In this document: positions 38,921 to 49,249 of the stretch, one piece after another | Position numbering within the stretch: position 1 is the first letter of the stretch | How the letters are laid out: every line of letters starts with the position of its first letter | Assembly (NCBI GenBank): GCA_017403285.1 | Contig: JAFQOI010000049.1 | Coordinates: 1,288 to 65,287 of the forward strand | Reading direction: 5' to 3' | Length of the DNA stretch: 64,000 bases | Origin: a bacterium | Lineage (GTDB): Bacteria; Cyanobacteriota; Vampirovibrionia; Gastranaerophilales; Gastranaerophilaceae | Position numbers and translations under genes: made by a program | The notes under the pieces: generated by a model | What the model saw: only the letters and a program-made list of their open reading frames with translations | Database searches by the model: none | Told to the model about the DNA's origin: nothing

Positions 38921-40711
38921 ATGAAAGATTTGATAATAAAAATATCTGGAATATCTGGACAAGGCATTATAAGCTCTGGGGATATTTTATCTTATGCAAC
39001 AGCCAGAAAAGGATACTACGTTACAACATATAGAACCTTTCCATCAGAAATCAGAGGAGATGGGAAGTGTTATTACACTCTTAGAATAAGCGAAGAAAGA
39101 ACTTTAACAGCGACTGGAAATACAGATATATTGGTTTGTCTTGATGAAGATACAATATATGAAGGAATAGACAATGTAAAAAAAGATGGCATTCTTTTAT
39201 ATGATAGCGATACTGTAAAAGAATTAAAAAAAACAAATGAAAATATAATAGTTTATCCAATACCACTAACAACTATAGCAAAAGATGTGGGGAGCGAACG
39301 CTCAAGAAATATGGTTGCATTGGGGATTGTTGTTGGTTTATTAAAAAATTTACATCTTGAAGAACAAATACAAAAGGATATTGAACTTAGATATAAGAAT
39401 AAACAAAAAGAAATCATTGAACTCAATCAAAAATCACTAAAAGCAGGCTATGAGTATGCTTCGACAACATTAAGAAGAAAAGATTTTTATAATAAAGTTG
39501 AAATAACAACAACTGGTAAAAAATTAATAATGTCTGGTAATGAAGCGATTGGACTAGGTGCACTTGCTGCAGGTTGCAGATTCTTTTCAGGATACCCAAT
39601 TACCCCTGCAACAGAAATAATGGAATGGCTTGCAAAAGAACTGCCTAAATTTGGCGGAAAAATGGTTCAATGTGAAGACGAAATTGCAGCAATAAATTAT
39701 GCGCTAGGAGCAACATATTCTGGAGTAAAGGCAATGACCGCAACTTCAGGACCTGGTTTTTCATTGATGCAAGAAGCAATAGGACTAGCATCTATGGCAG
39801 AACTTCCAGTTGTAATTGCAGACGTTCAACGTTGTGGACCAAGTACAGGTGTTCCAACAAAAACAGAACAAAGCGATCTATTTGCCGCAATGTACGGAAC
39901 ACATGGAGACTGTCCTAAAATCGTACTTGCCCCAATGAATGTTGCCGATTGTTTTTATCAAACTGTTAATGCTTTTAATTTTGCGGAACAATATCAAGTT
40001 CCTGTTATCATCTTATCGGATGCATCACTTGGACCAAGAAGAGAATGTGTTGATCTAATTGACATTGACAACTTAAAAATTGAGAACAGAATAAAACCAC
40101 AATTAAACGAGGGTATTGAATACAATAGATATGAAGATACACCAACAGGAATTTCACCAATAACAAACCCTGGTGATGCATATGGCGAACATGTAATAAC
40201 AGGACTTGAACACACTGAAACAAATGCACCAACACCAGCAGCAGATATTCACAGAAAAATGACCGAAAAAAGATTTAGGAAACTTGAAACTGCTGCGGGT
40301 AGATTCTCAAAAGCAAAAACATATGGAAGCGAAGATGCTACAATTGGTATTATCAGTTGGGGTTCAACTTCTGGAGCAGTGTTCGAAGCAATAGATAAAG
40401 CAAAAGAAAAAGGCATTGAAGTTCAAGCATTATATCCTAGAACACTTTATCCTCTTCCAACGGATTGGGTAAAAAGTTTTATAACAAATAAAGATATAGT
40501 GATAGTAGTGGAAGCAAATTATAACGCTCAATTCAAATCCACAATCGTTGAAAGATGTGCACATATAAACAAGGGGACCGAAGTTCTTGAGTTTTTAAAA
40601 TATGACGGAACACCATTTACTCCAGATGAAATATTAGAAGAAATAGAAAAAGTTGCCGCCGTAAAAAAAGCAAAAACTGAACTACAAACAAACAAGCATA
40701 CGCATTTCTAA
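38921..40711 (+). CDS. korA: 2-oxoacid:ferredoxin oxidoreductase, fused gamma-alpha subunit
   Basis: The N-terminal gamma-type domain (IKISGISGQGIISSGDIL) is fused to an alpha domain (GNEAIGLGALAAGCRFFSGYPITPATEI). Substrate specificity is not determinable. Confidence 0.85.
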   Translation: MKDLIIKISGISGQGIISSGDILSYATARKGYYVTTYRTFPSEIRGDGKCYYTLRISEERTLTATGNTDILVCLDEDTIYEGIDNVKKDGILLYDSDTVKELKKTNENIIVYPIPLTTIAKDVGSERSRNMVALGIVVGLLKNLHLEEQIQKDIELRYKNKQKEIIELNQKSLKAGYEYASTTLRRKDFYNKVEITTTGKKLIMSGNEAIGLGALAAGCRFFSGYPITPATEIMEWLAKELPKFGGKMVQCEDEIAAINYALGATYSGVKAMTATSGPGFSLMQEAIGLASMAELPVVIADVQRCGPSTGVPTKTEQSDLFAAMYGTHGDCPKIVLAPMNVADCFYQTVNAFNFAEQYQVPVIILSDASLGPRRECVDLIDIDNLKIENRIKPQLNEGIEYNRYEDTPTGISPITNPGDAYGEHVITGLEHTETNAPTPAADIHRKMTEKRFRKLETAAGRFSKAKTYGSEDATIGIISWGSTSGAVFEAIDKAKEKGIEVQALYPRTLYPLPTDWVKSFITNKDIVIVVEANYNAQFKSTIVERCAHINKGTEVLEFLKYDGTPFTPDEILEEIEKVAAVKKAKTELQTNKHTHF

Positions 40712-40721
40712 GGGTTAGAAT

Positions 40722-41576
40722 ATGAAAAAAATGGAAATTTCAGATTACAAAGGAAGAGTAAAACCATCTTGGTGTCCAGGGTGTGGTAATCACGCTGTTT
40801 TAATGGCTTTAAAAAAAGCAATGGCTTCTTTAAACTATCAAACCCATGAAACGTCAATAATATCTGGAATTGGTTGTTCTAGTCGTTTTCCATTCTTTAT
40901 GTCAACTTATGGATTTCACACAATTCACGGAAGAGCGCTTCCTGTTGCAATTGGATTAAAAGAAGCAAAGCCAGAAATTAATGTTATTGCAGTTGGTGGT
41001 GATGGCGACGGATTAAGTATTGGCGGAAACCATTTTATTCACGCCGCAAGAAAAAATCCAAACATCACATACATAATGATGGATAATGAAATTTATGCCC
41101 TAACGAAAGGACAATGTTCTCCAACATCAAGAAAAGGGACAACAACGAAATGCAATCCTTATGCTTGGACAGCGGATAGAATAAACCCTGTATTAATGGC
41201 TTTATCTTTCAATGCTTCATACGTTGCAAGGGGTTATTCCGGTGATATAAAACAACTTGAAGAATTGATAAAAGGCGGACTAGAACATCAAGGCTTCTCT
41301 TTTATCCATATTATTTCACCTTGTGTGCAATACAATAAAGTGACATCTTATGAAAACATGCATGAATTAATTAAACGATTACCAGAAAATCACAATATAG
41401 AAGACCGAGTAAACGCGATGGCATATGCATTTGCACCTGATGGTCCATATACCGGTTTATTCTACAAAGTTCAACGCCCAACATATGAAGAAAGATATAT
41501 GGATGTAATTTCAAAGGCAAAAGAATTAGTTGGAGAGAACTACACCGTAAAAGACGCAATGAGACAATTTCAGTAA
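40722..41576 (+). CDS. korB: 2-oxoacid:ferredoxin oxidoreductase, beta (TPP-binding) subunit
   Basis: The motifs WCPGCGNH, GIGCSSR and GGDGDGLSIGGNH are present. Confidence 0.88.
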   Translation: MKKMEISDYKGRVKPSWCPGCGNHAVLMALKKAMASLNYQTHETSIISGIGCSSRFPFFMSTYGFHTIHGRALPVAIGLKEAKPEINVIAVGGDGDGLSIGGNHFIHAARKNPNITYIMMDNEIYALTKGQCSPTSRKGTTTKCNPYAWTADRINPVLMALSFNASYVARGYSGDIKQLEELIKGGLEHQGFSFIHIISPCVQYNKVTSYENMHELIKRLPENHNIEDRVNAMAYAFAPDGPYTGLFYKVQRPTYEERYMDVISKAKELVGENYTVKDAMRQFQ

Positions 41577-41585
41577 GGAAGAAAA

Positions 41586-42779
41586 ATGAAAACAGGAAAA
41601 AGAATAACGATAACATTACTATCATTATTAGGTCTAGCACTAGCAATAGAACTATGCATTGTATACTACAACGCAAATTTTGCAATTGATGCTCAACCAA
41701 GTATATGTGCAATAAATGAATCAATGGATTGCGATAGTGTTGCGAAAACGGCATATTCACAATTTCTAGGAGTTCCCCTTTCTCTCTGGGGTGTTTGCCT
41801 ATATTTGTTTGTTTTATTTATAAATTTTGTTGATAAACTTAAAAATATAAAATTTTTAGGATTTTTAGGTGTTTTTAAAAATCCATCATCATATATATTT
41901 TGCATTACATTATTATCATTTTTTATATCTATGGGTTTGGGATATATCTCTGTTCAAAAAATTAATTCAATATGTATATTTTGTTTTTTGACTTATTTCA
42001 TTGATTTAATAATTGCCCTAGTTTCAAAAGATTGGGGAAAAAGCATAGTTGAAGAAATAAAAATTAGCATAAGCGACTTTATAGAAGCAATAAAGGTAAA
42101 AAGATATGCGTTATGGTTTACTTTGCTAGTATTATTAGGTTGTTCTATATTGTTATACACAACAACAACAAATATCCTTACTCCTCAAATTGCCAAAAGA
42201 AATGAAATGGTTCGTTTTATGAACGAATACAAAGATATTGTGGATGGAAAAACCATGGGAAAAACAAATGCTACAGTTATCATTGAAGAATTTATTGATT
42301 TTAACTGCGGTGGATGTTTTATGGCAAATTTATATTTACATAGAATTATAAGTGAATTTGAGAACGTGAAAGTAACACAACATATTCTGCCTCTTGAACA
42401 AACATGCAACCACAATATGAAATTTGAAGGACACAAAAATTCCTGTTTAAAAGCACAATATGCACTTGCTGCTGCTAAACAAAACAAATATTGGCAAATG
42501 TCAGATTTATTATTTGCTGAAAATCCAGAAGATGAAAAAGAAATTATTGAACACGCAAGACTACTTGATTTCGACATTAAAAAACTGAAAGAAGATGCAC
42601 ATAGTGAAGAAATAAAACAGGAAATAACTGATTCAATAAAACTAGCAGATTCAAAGGATATAAGCGTAACTCCAACAATATATGTTGGAATGAGAAAAAC
42701 TCTTGGAATCAGTTCTTATCCAAGTTTTAGACAATTAGTAATAGAACAAGGTGGAAAAGAAAAAACATTCAATGAATAA
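41586..42779 (+). CDS. VKOR-family membrane oxidoreductase fused to a thioredoxin/DsbA-like domain
   Basis: The loop Cys pair is CAINESMDC and the membrane CxxC is CIFC, both in the polytopic N-terminal half. The C-terminal soluble domain carries CGGC. Confidence 0.8.
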   Translation: MKTGKRITITLLSLLGLALAIELCIVYYNANFAIDAQPSICAINESMDCDSVAKTAYSQFLGVPLSLWGVCLYLFVLFINFVDKLKNIKFLGFLGVFKNPSSYIFCITLLSFFISMGLGYISVQKINSICIFCFLTYFIDLIIALVSKDWGKSIVEEIKISISDFIEAIKVKRYALWFTLLVLLGCSILLYTTTTNILTPQIAKRNEMVRFMNEYKDIVDGKTMGKTNATVIIEEFIDFNCGGCFMANLYLHRIISEFENVKVTQHILPLEQTCNHNMKFEGHKNSCLKAQYALAAAKQNKYWQMSDLLFAENPEDEKEIIEHARLLDFDIKKLKEDAHSEEIKQEITDSIKLADSKDISVTPTIYVGMRKTLGISSYPSFRQLVIEQGGKEKTFNE

Positions 42780-43305
42780 AGTTCTTCTACATGCCTGCTG
42801 TGCAACTTGCAGCGCTTATCCAATTGAAAAACTGAGAGAAAACGGATATGAGCCAGTTTTATATTTTTTCAATCCCAACATTTTTCCTCCAGAAGAATTT
42901 GATAAAAGACTAAATGAACTAATAAAATACGCAAAAAAGAAGAATGTTGAATTAATTATAGATAGACAAGATTCAGAAGGTTGGTACAACTGCATATCTG
43001 GGTTAGAAGAAGAGCCAGAAAGAGGAAAAAGATGTGCTAGATGCTTTGAATATAGATTATTATTTACAGTATTAAAAGCATTTAAATTAGAGTATAAATA
43101 TTTCACAACAACGCTAACTGTAAGCCCTCACAAACAATCAAAAGTAATTTTTGAGATAGCAAAAGAATTAGCGAACAAATATGAATTAACATTCTTGGAT
43201 TTTGATTTTAAGAAAGAAGACGGATTTTTGAAAACAATTAAAATCGCAAAAGAAGAAAACTTCTATAGACAAAGTTATTGTGGTTGTGAATTTAGTATGT
43301 TTTAA
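42772..43305 (+). CDS. queH: epoxyqueuosine reductase QueH (DUF208)
   Basis: The start is moved to MNKVLLHACCATC. RCARCFEYRL and FTTTLTVSPHK are the DUF208 signatures. Confidence 0.85.
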   Translation: MNKVLLHACCATCSAYPIEKLRENGYEPVLYFFNPNIFPPEEFDKRLNELIKYAKKKNVELIIDRQDSEGWYNCISGLEEEPERGKRCARCFEYRLLFTVLKAFKLEYKYFTTTLTVSPHKQSKVIFEIAKELANKYELTFLDFDFKKEDGFLKTIKIAKEENFYRQSYCGCEFSMF

Positions 43306-43568
43306 ACTTCCTTGTTTTGAATTAATTTTTCTTTTTCTAATCTACTAAGGTGCTTTATTCTATATTCTTCTTTTTGTGCATCTTGTTTAGTTTCAAATTC
43401 ACGAGTATAAACTAATTTTAAAGGTTTGTTTGCTCTAGTGAATTTTGCACCCTTACCAACACAATGTAAATTATAACGTTTTTCGACATCATCAGTATAT
43501 CCACAATACAATTTACCTGTAGTTGTCAATATAATATAAACATAATATTTTTTATTCATTGTCTGCAT
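43302..43568 (-). CDS. GIY-YIG nuclease-domain small protein (UPF0213-like)
   Basis: YYVYIILT..GKLYCGYTDDVEKRYNLH...LVYTREF.TKQDAQKEEYRIK is the GIY-YIG core, in an 88-aa protein. Confidence 0.82.
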   Translation of the reverse strand: MQTMNKKYYVYIILTTTGKLYCGYTDDVEKRYNLHCVGKGAKFTRANKPLKLVYTREFETKQDAQKEEYRIKHLSRLEKEKLIQNKEV

Positions 43569-44544
43569 TTAACAATATTTCATCCAAAGTTGAAACAATA
43601 ACATTATAATCAAGTTCAGTTACAAGTCTATGCCTGTAGTCAGCGCCTCCTCTAAATCCTCTTATGTAACAAGGATAAAATTTTCTAAAAAATTTTATTC
43701 CGTTTTCTTCTCCTCTAAACTCAATTTCAGCATCAAGATGCTTTTTTAGCATTAAGATTTTTTCTTTTAAACTGGGTTCAGGAATGTAATTACCAAAGAA
43801 GAGATATTCTTCAATCCTATGCAATAAAGATAAATCACCCATAGCAGCACGACCGATAGCAATCCCATCTGCTTTAGATACATCAAGACATTCTTTTGCA
43901 GTTTCTGGACTTACAATGTCGCCATTAGCGAAAAAAGGAATATCTATTTCTCCACGAAGTTTTGAAATTTCATTCCAATCTGCCTGACCAGCATACATTT
44001 GAGAACGAGTTCTACCATGCACAGTAACAGCACTAGCACCTGCTTCTTGCATAAGTTGAGCAAACTCAACAAAATTTTTTGTATCTTGCCCCCATCCTAA
44101 ACGAAATTTACATGTAACAGGAATATTTACCGCTTCTTTAACAGCAACAACTATATCTCTTGCAAGTAGTGGATTTTTCATTAAAGAACATCCATCATTG
44201 CCTTTAACAATCTTGTTAATAGGACAGCCCATATTTATATCAATAATATTTGCTTTTGTTTCCAGAATTTTTGCAGATTTTGCCATCAAATCTGGCTTAT
44301 GCCCTTCAATTTGAAAAGAAGCAGGTGCTTCTTTTTTATCAGTATGAGTTATATATGTATCATGCTTTTGAACAAGCGCTTCTGAACTTATCATTTCTGT
44401 TGTCAAAAGACAAGTCGGAGAATACTCTCTTATAAGTTTACGCATAACATAATCCGTAATACCAGCAAGAGGTGCCAAAGAAACGATACTATTGATAGTA
44501 ACATCACCAATATTTATAAATTTTGGAAGCTCAGATGTCTGCAT
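43552..44544 (-). CDS. dusB: tRNA-dihydrouridine synthase
   Basis: LAPLAGITD, INMGCP and VHGRTR are the Dus family motifs. Confidence 0.9.
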   Translation of the reverse strand: MQTSELPKFINIGDVTINSIVSLAPLAGITDYVMRKLIREYSPTCLLTTEMISSEALVQKHDTYITHTDKKEAPASFQIEGHKPDLMAKSAKILETKANIIDINMGCPINKIVKGNDGCSLMKNPLLARDIVVAVKEAVNIPVTCKFRLGWGQDTKNFVEFAQLMQEAGASAVTVHGRTRSQMYAGQADWNEISKLRGEIDIPFFANGDIVSPETAKECLDVSKADGIAIGRAAMGDLSLLHRIEEYLFFGNYIPEPSLKEKILMLKKHLDAEIEFRGEENGIKFFRKFYPCYIRGFRGGADYRHRLVTELDYNVIVSTLDEILLNADNE

Positions 44545-46670
44545 TATTTTATCTCTTCAATTCTCAACTGTGCATATTGTCTGTATTCATTATCTTCGGT
44601 ACTAGCATCTACATATTTAATATAATTATCCTTTGCTTCTTTGTACTTCTTCAAATTGTCATAATCAACAGCAAGAGAATAATAAGCAATCAGCATATCT
44701 GGAGCATATTTAAGTGTCAACTTATAATCTTCTATTGCTTTTTGATAATTATTTAATCCATCATATGAAAGTGCACGATAATAATAAACTGTTGCATTTG
44801 TTGAATCCACTGCAAGAATTTTATCAAACATTTGAATCGCATCATCATATTTTTGCTCATTATACAAAGTCATTGCTTGCGCAATAAGTTCTTCAGAATT
44901 TTTAGCAGATAAATACTGATTTAATTCAATAGCGTTTTTGTTTGCCGGATTAATATTCAAAGCAATATCGATATATTTTTTAGCACTGATATTATCATTA
45001 TTGTTAACATACAAAGATGCAATATAAACAGGAATTTGCTCATTTTTAGGAGACAATTCCATTGCTTGAATATAATATTTTATTGCTTCTTCACTATTTG
45101 AAAGAGCCTGATATGAAGCAGCAATACCAATTAAAGAATCTTCTGTCGCAGGTTTTATTGATTTATAGAATGAAATTGCTTTTTGATATTCGCCACCCTC
45201 ATACGCATTTGTAGCAATTGAATATAAATTTGAAGAATATTCATTAGAAATCAAATCATATTGCTTTTTTACTTGTTCATTATCAGGTGCTACAGCCTTT
45301 GCTTTTTGAATTATTGCGAATGCATCTTTATAATTTTTCTTCTGCCTGTACGCTTGAGACAAATTGACATAAGCATCAATTTTCTTGTTATCAAGTTTTA
45401 TTGTTTCCAAGTAAAAATTAATAGCATCATCAATTTTATTTGCTTTATGAAGTTCATAAGCAAATTCATAGTATGAATTTGCATCCATTGGACTATTTTG
45501 AACATTCTTATATAAGAAATCTAAAACATCATCTGTAGACATTGAAGCTTTTAAAAGTTCATAAAGTTGTGCTTTAATTTGTGTATTTTTTGGTTCAATA
45601 TTCAAAGCAGTTTTATACAAGTTTATAGCATCATCATTCTTTTTTAATGCCTTTAAACACTCTGCCTTATATACAAGCACCTTAGCATTATATGGTTGAA
45701 CAGAAAGAATATCATTGTATATATTTATAGCAGCATCATATTTTTTTTGTTCTTGGTACAAAGTTCCTATATTTATTTTTGTATTTAGATTAGATGGATT
45801 AAGTTCTTCAGCTTTTTTATATTCAACAAGAGCTTCGTTATATCTCAATTGTTTTTGTAAAACAACACCTAAGTTTGCATGTGCTTCTGCATCACTTGGA
45901 AATTCATCAACTTTTTTTTGCCAAATTCGTTCTAATGAGCTTAGAATTTCTAAATTCTCAGAAGAATTAGCAAGCGCCAAATCGTACTCTTTTAAAGAAG
46001 ATGCGAAATCACTAACTTGTTCATAAGCACGTGCAAGTTTTAAACGAACTTCGCTATTATTAGGATTAATGGTAATTGCTTTTTTATAATATATTATCGC
46101 TTTATCAACTTTATTAAAGATTTTGTAAATATCACCCAAAGCAACATTGGACTCAAATGCATAATTTGCATCTGTAGCAATTTGATGATAATCATAAGCA
46201 GATGCTGCAAATTCACCTTTAATTCTTGCTTTTTTAGCAAATTCAAGCCTGTTTGATGCTGCTGTAGAATTTTCTTGTGAAGCTTCTAAAAGTTTCAAAT
46301 TATTTTCTATTGACGACAAATTTTGAGCAGAAATAGTATTTACTCCTGCTGTAGAATAGTATTTTATAAAAAATAAAGATGATTTTATATCAGAAATCGC
46401 GCGAGCAGTATCTTTTACGGTATTGTTGTAATATTGTGCACGCATATTATAAGCATTAGTAAGACCAATCAAAGATGCTGCATCCGAAGAATTTGTTCTA
46501 ATTGCTTTTTTAAATTCATTGATAGCACTAGAATATTGTGATGATTGAAGATATTTGTTCCCATTGAGATAATTAGGATTTTCCTGATAATTGTCGTCAT
46601 AAACTGTTTGAGAATAAACATTAGACGAAAAAACTAATAATACGGCCAATATAAATGATAATTTTTTCAT
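44544..46670 (-). CDS. large secreted TPR-repeat protein
   Basis: The start is moved to MKKLSFILAVLLVFSSNVYSQ (signal; GGAG upstream). Numerous 34-aa TPR-like repeats are present (..A...Y..AL...P.N..). Confidence 0.8.
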   Translation of the reverse strand: MKKLSFILAVLLVFSSNVYSQTVYDDNYQENPNYLNGNKYLQSSQYSSAINEFKKAIRTNSSDAASLIGLTNAYNMRAQYYNNTVKDTARAISDIKSSLFFIKYYSTAGVNTISAQNLSSIENNLKLLEASQENSTAASNRLEFAKKARIKGEFAASAYDYHQIATDANYAFESNVALGDIYKIFNKVDKAIIYYKKAITINPNNSEVRLKLARAYEQVSDFASSLKEYDLALANSSENLEILSSLERIWQKKVDEFPSDAEAHANLGVVLQKQLRYNEALVEYKKAEELNPSNLNTKINIGTLYQEQKKYDAAINIYNDILSVQPYNAKVLVYKAECLKALKKNDDAINLYKTALNIEPKNTQIKAQLYELLKASMSTDDVLDFLYKNVQNSPMDANSYYEFAYELHKANKIDDAINFYLETIKLDNKKIDAYVNLSQAYRQKKNYKDAFAIIQKAKAVAPDNEQVKKQYDLISNEYSSNLYSIATNAYEGGEYQKAISFYKSIKPATEDSLIGIAASYQALSNSEEAIKYYIQAMELSPKNEQIPVYIASLYVNNNDNISAKKYIDIALNINPANKNAIELNQYLSAKNSEELIAQAMTLYNEQKYDDAIQMFDKILAVDSTNATVYYYRALSYDGLNNYQKAIEDYKLTLKYAPDMLIAYYSLAVDYDNLKKYKEAKDNYIKYVDASTEDNEYRQYAQLRIEEIK

Positions 46671-46790
46671 AAAATACACTCCAATAAGATAAGTATATTT
46701 TATACTAAGCAAAAAAATATTGATATAGTAATAACAAATCAATAAATAGGGGGAAGAAAAAAATGAAATTTATTAAATTTAATTTATGTT

Positions 46791-46820
46791 TTGAACAAAA
46801 AAATTTGCTTATGTTATAAT
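46791..46820 (+). promoter_or_regulatory. candidate sigma-70 promoter of the hydrogenase operon
   Basis: TTGAAC (46791..46796), an 18-nt spacer, then the extended -10 TGtTATAAT (TATAAT at 46815..46820). It lies 45 nt upstream of the hydC start. Confidence 0.5.
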
Positions 46821-46864
46821 TTTATGGAAGGAAAATATATCTAGGAAACGAATAGGAGTCGAGA

Positions 46865-47359
46865 ATGAGCGTAGAAAATCCTCAGAAAATCGATACATCT
46901 AGATTAGATGAAATTTTAGAAGAATGTGGTAGTAAAAAATCTAATCTGATTGCGATTTTACAAAAGATTCAGGAAATTTACAGATACTTACCTGAAGAAG
47001 CAATGACATACATTGGAACAAAAATAGAAGATTTGTCTCCAGCAACAGTTTTTGGTGTTGCAACATTTTATGCACAATTTTCATTAGAACCAAAAGGAAA
47101 GTATGAAATCAAAGTTTGCGATGGCACAGCATGCCACGTAAGAGGTTCAATGCCTGTTTTAAATGCAATAAAATCAAGATTAGATTTAACTGATGGAAAA
47201 ATGACATCAAAAGATGGTTTATTCTCATTAGAAACAGTAAGTTGTCTTGGTGCTTGTGGTCTTGCTCCAGTTGTTGTTATTAACGAAAAAGTATATCCAC
47301 AAATGACATCTGATGCTATAAAGATTGTAATTGACACCTTATTAAAAGAGGAAAGATAA
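46865..47359 (+). CDS. hydC: [FeFe]-hydrogenase NuoE-like [2Fe-2S] subunit
   Basis: The thioredoxin-like [2Fe-2S] Cys pattern (CDGTACHVRG...CLGACGLAP) is present, and it is the first gene of the hyd operon. Confidence 0.88.
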   Translation: MSVENPQKIDTSRLDEILEECGSKKSNLIAILQKIQEIYRYLPEEAMTYIGTKIEDLSPATVFGVATFYAQFSLEPKGKYEIKVCDGTACHVRGSMPVLNAIKSRLDLTDGKMTSKDGLFSLETVSCLGACGLAPVVVINEKVYPQMTSDAIKIVIDTLLKEER

Positions 47360-47360
47360 T

Positions 47361-49223
47361 ATGGAAACAACTACTTTAAATATTGACATTAAAGAAGAGC
47401 AAAAAAAAGCTCTTGAAGAAATAAAAAAACAGGGATTAAGAGTTTTAGTTTGTTGCGGTACTGGCTGTATGGCAAATGGAGCAATGAGCGTAATAGAAAA
47501 ATTTAAAGAACTAGGTGCTAATGTTTCAGTTTTATCGGACTATGACAAAGTAACAATAGTACCAACAGGATGTCATGGTTTTTGTGAACAAGGTGTACTT
47601 GTTTTAATTCCTGACTTCCATACAGTATATGTTAAAGTTCACGCAGAAGACGTTGAAGAAATATATGAAAGTCATATAAAAAATGGAAAACCAGTAGAAA
47701 GACTTTTATATACTGATCCAAAAACAAATGAAAAAATACAAAAAAGTGAGAATATAAACTTTTATGCAAAACAAACTCGTACTGCTCTTGGAAACTGCGG
47801 ACACATCAATGCTGAATGTTTGGATGAAGCAATTTCAGCAAGAGGTTATGAAGCATTAGCACAAGTTTTAAAAGAAAATAATCCTGATGCAGTAATTGCA
47901 GAAATAGAAAAATCAGGACTAAGAGGTAGAGGTGGTGGAGGCTTCCCTACTGGTCGCAAATGGAAATTTACAGCAGCAAATAGAGGTGGAAAATCTTATG
48001 TTGTATGTAATGGTGACGAGGGTGACCCAGGTGCATTTATGGACAGATCAGTTATGGAAGGTGATCCTCATAAACTACTAGAAGGTATTGCTATTGCTGC
48101 TTTTGCTATTGGTGCAGATGAAGCATACATATATGTTCGTGCCGAATATCCACTAGCAATTAAACGTTTAAGAAAAGCGATAAAAGATGCTGAAGAACGC
48201 CATTTCTTAGGCGAAAAAATAATGGGTTCTAATTTTAATTTAGAAATCCACATAAAAGAAGGTGCTGGAGCATTTGTATGCGGTGAAGAAACAGCACTTA
48301 TCGCATCAATTGAAGGTGAAAGAGGAATGCCTCGTCCAAAACCACCATTCCCAGCAAACAAAGGTCTTTTTGGCAGACCAACATTAATCAACAACGTAGA
48401 AACTTTAGCAAACGTTCCAGTTATAATACTTAAAGGTGCTGAATGGTTCAGTTCAATGGGAACAGAAACATCAAAAGGTACTAAAACATTTGCACTAACT
48501 GGCGAAGTTAACAACACTGGTCTTATTGAAGTTCCAATGGGTACAACATTAAGAGAAATTATTTTTGACATCGGTGGTGGTATCAGAGGTGGCAAAAAGT
48601 TCAAAGCAGTTCAAATTGGTGGTCCATCAGGCGGATGTTTAACTGAAGAATATCTTGATATTCCTATGGATTATGACAACTTGATAAAAGCTGGTGCAAT
48701 GGTTGGCTCTGGTGGATTAGTTGTTATGGCTGAAGACACCTGTATAGTTGAAGTTGCAAGATTTTTCATGAACTTCACACAAAATGAATCTTGTGGAAAA
48801 TGTGTTCCTTGCCGTGAAGGTACAAAAAATATGCTCAAAATTTTGGAAAAAATTGTAGCAGGCAACGGTGAAATGGAAGACTTAGAAATTCTTGAAGAAC
48901 TTGCTCATACAGTAAAAGATGGCTCTTTGTGCGGTCTTGGCAAAACAGCACCAAACCCAGTACTTTCTACTTTGAAGTATTTCAAAGATGAATATATCTC
49001 ACACATAAGAGATAAAAAATGTCCTGCTGGTGTTTGTACTGCAATGAAAACTGTAAAAATCATTCCAGAACTTTGTAAAGGTTGCACAAAATGTTTAAGA
49101 AATTGTCCAGTAGAAGCTATTGAAGGAACTGTTAAACAACCACACAAAATTATTCAAGAAAAATGTATAAAATGTGAGGCTTGTGTAAAAGGTTGTCCAT
49201 TCAAAGCAATCGTATTGGAATAG
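47361..49223 (+). CDS. hydB: [FeFe]-hydrogenase NuoF-like flavoprotein subunit (NAD(H)/FMN, Fe-S)
   Basis: GLRGRGGGGFPTGRKW is the FMN/NADH site and ESCGKCVPCREG is the N3-type cluster. Two C-terminal ferredoxin motifs are present (CKGCTKCLRNCP, CIKCEACVKGCP). Confidence 0.9.
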   Translation: METTTLNIDIKEEQKKALEEIKKQGLRVLVCCGTGCMANGAMSVIEKFKELGANVSVLSDYDKVTIVPTGCHGFCEQGVLVLIPDFHTVYVKVHAEDVEEIYESHIKNGKPVERLLYTDPKTNEKIQKSENINFYAKQTRTALGNCGHINAECLDEAISARGYEALAQVLKENNPDAVIAEIEKSGLRGRGGGGFPTGRKWKFTAANRGGKSYVVCNGDEGDPGAFMDRSVMEGDPHKLLEGIAIAAFAIGADEAYIYVRAEYPLAIKRLRKAIKDAEERHFLGEKIMGSNFNLEIHIKEGAGAFVCGEETALIASIEGERGMPRPKPPFPANKGLFGRPTLINNVETLANVPVIILKGAEWFSSMGTETSKGTKTFALTGEVNNTGLIEVPMGTTLREIIFDIGGGIRGGKKFKAVQIGGPSGGCLTEEYLDIPMDYDNLIKAGAMVGSGGLVVMAEDTCIVEVARFFMNFTQNESCGKCVPCREGTKNMLKILEKIVAGNGEMEDLEILEELAHTVKDGSLCGLGKTAPNPVLSTLKYFKDEYISHIRDKKCPAGVCTAMKTVKIIPELCKGCTKCLRNCPVEAIEGTVKQPHKIIQEKCIKCEACVKGCPFKAIVLE

Positions 49224-49249
49224 TTTAATAATCGATAAGGAATAATAAA

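Noticed and set aside
46763-46819. 18-codon ORF (MKFIKFNLCFEQKNLLML) behind a strong SD-like AGGGGGA in the TPR/hydC intergenic region
   Set aside because: It overlaps the best promoter candidate for hydC and has no distinctive composition and no conservation evidence. I cannot support it as a gene.
48068-48604. 178-aa ORF antisense to hydB (similar cases: 52649..53143, 60710..61114, 19155..19532, 42185..42577)
   Set aside because: All are shadow frames inside well-supported genes. They have low-complexity Ser/Pro/Phe/Ile composition, no RBS and no motif.
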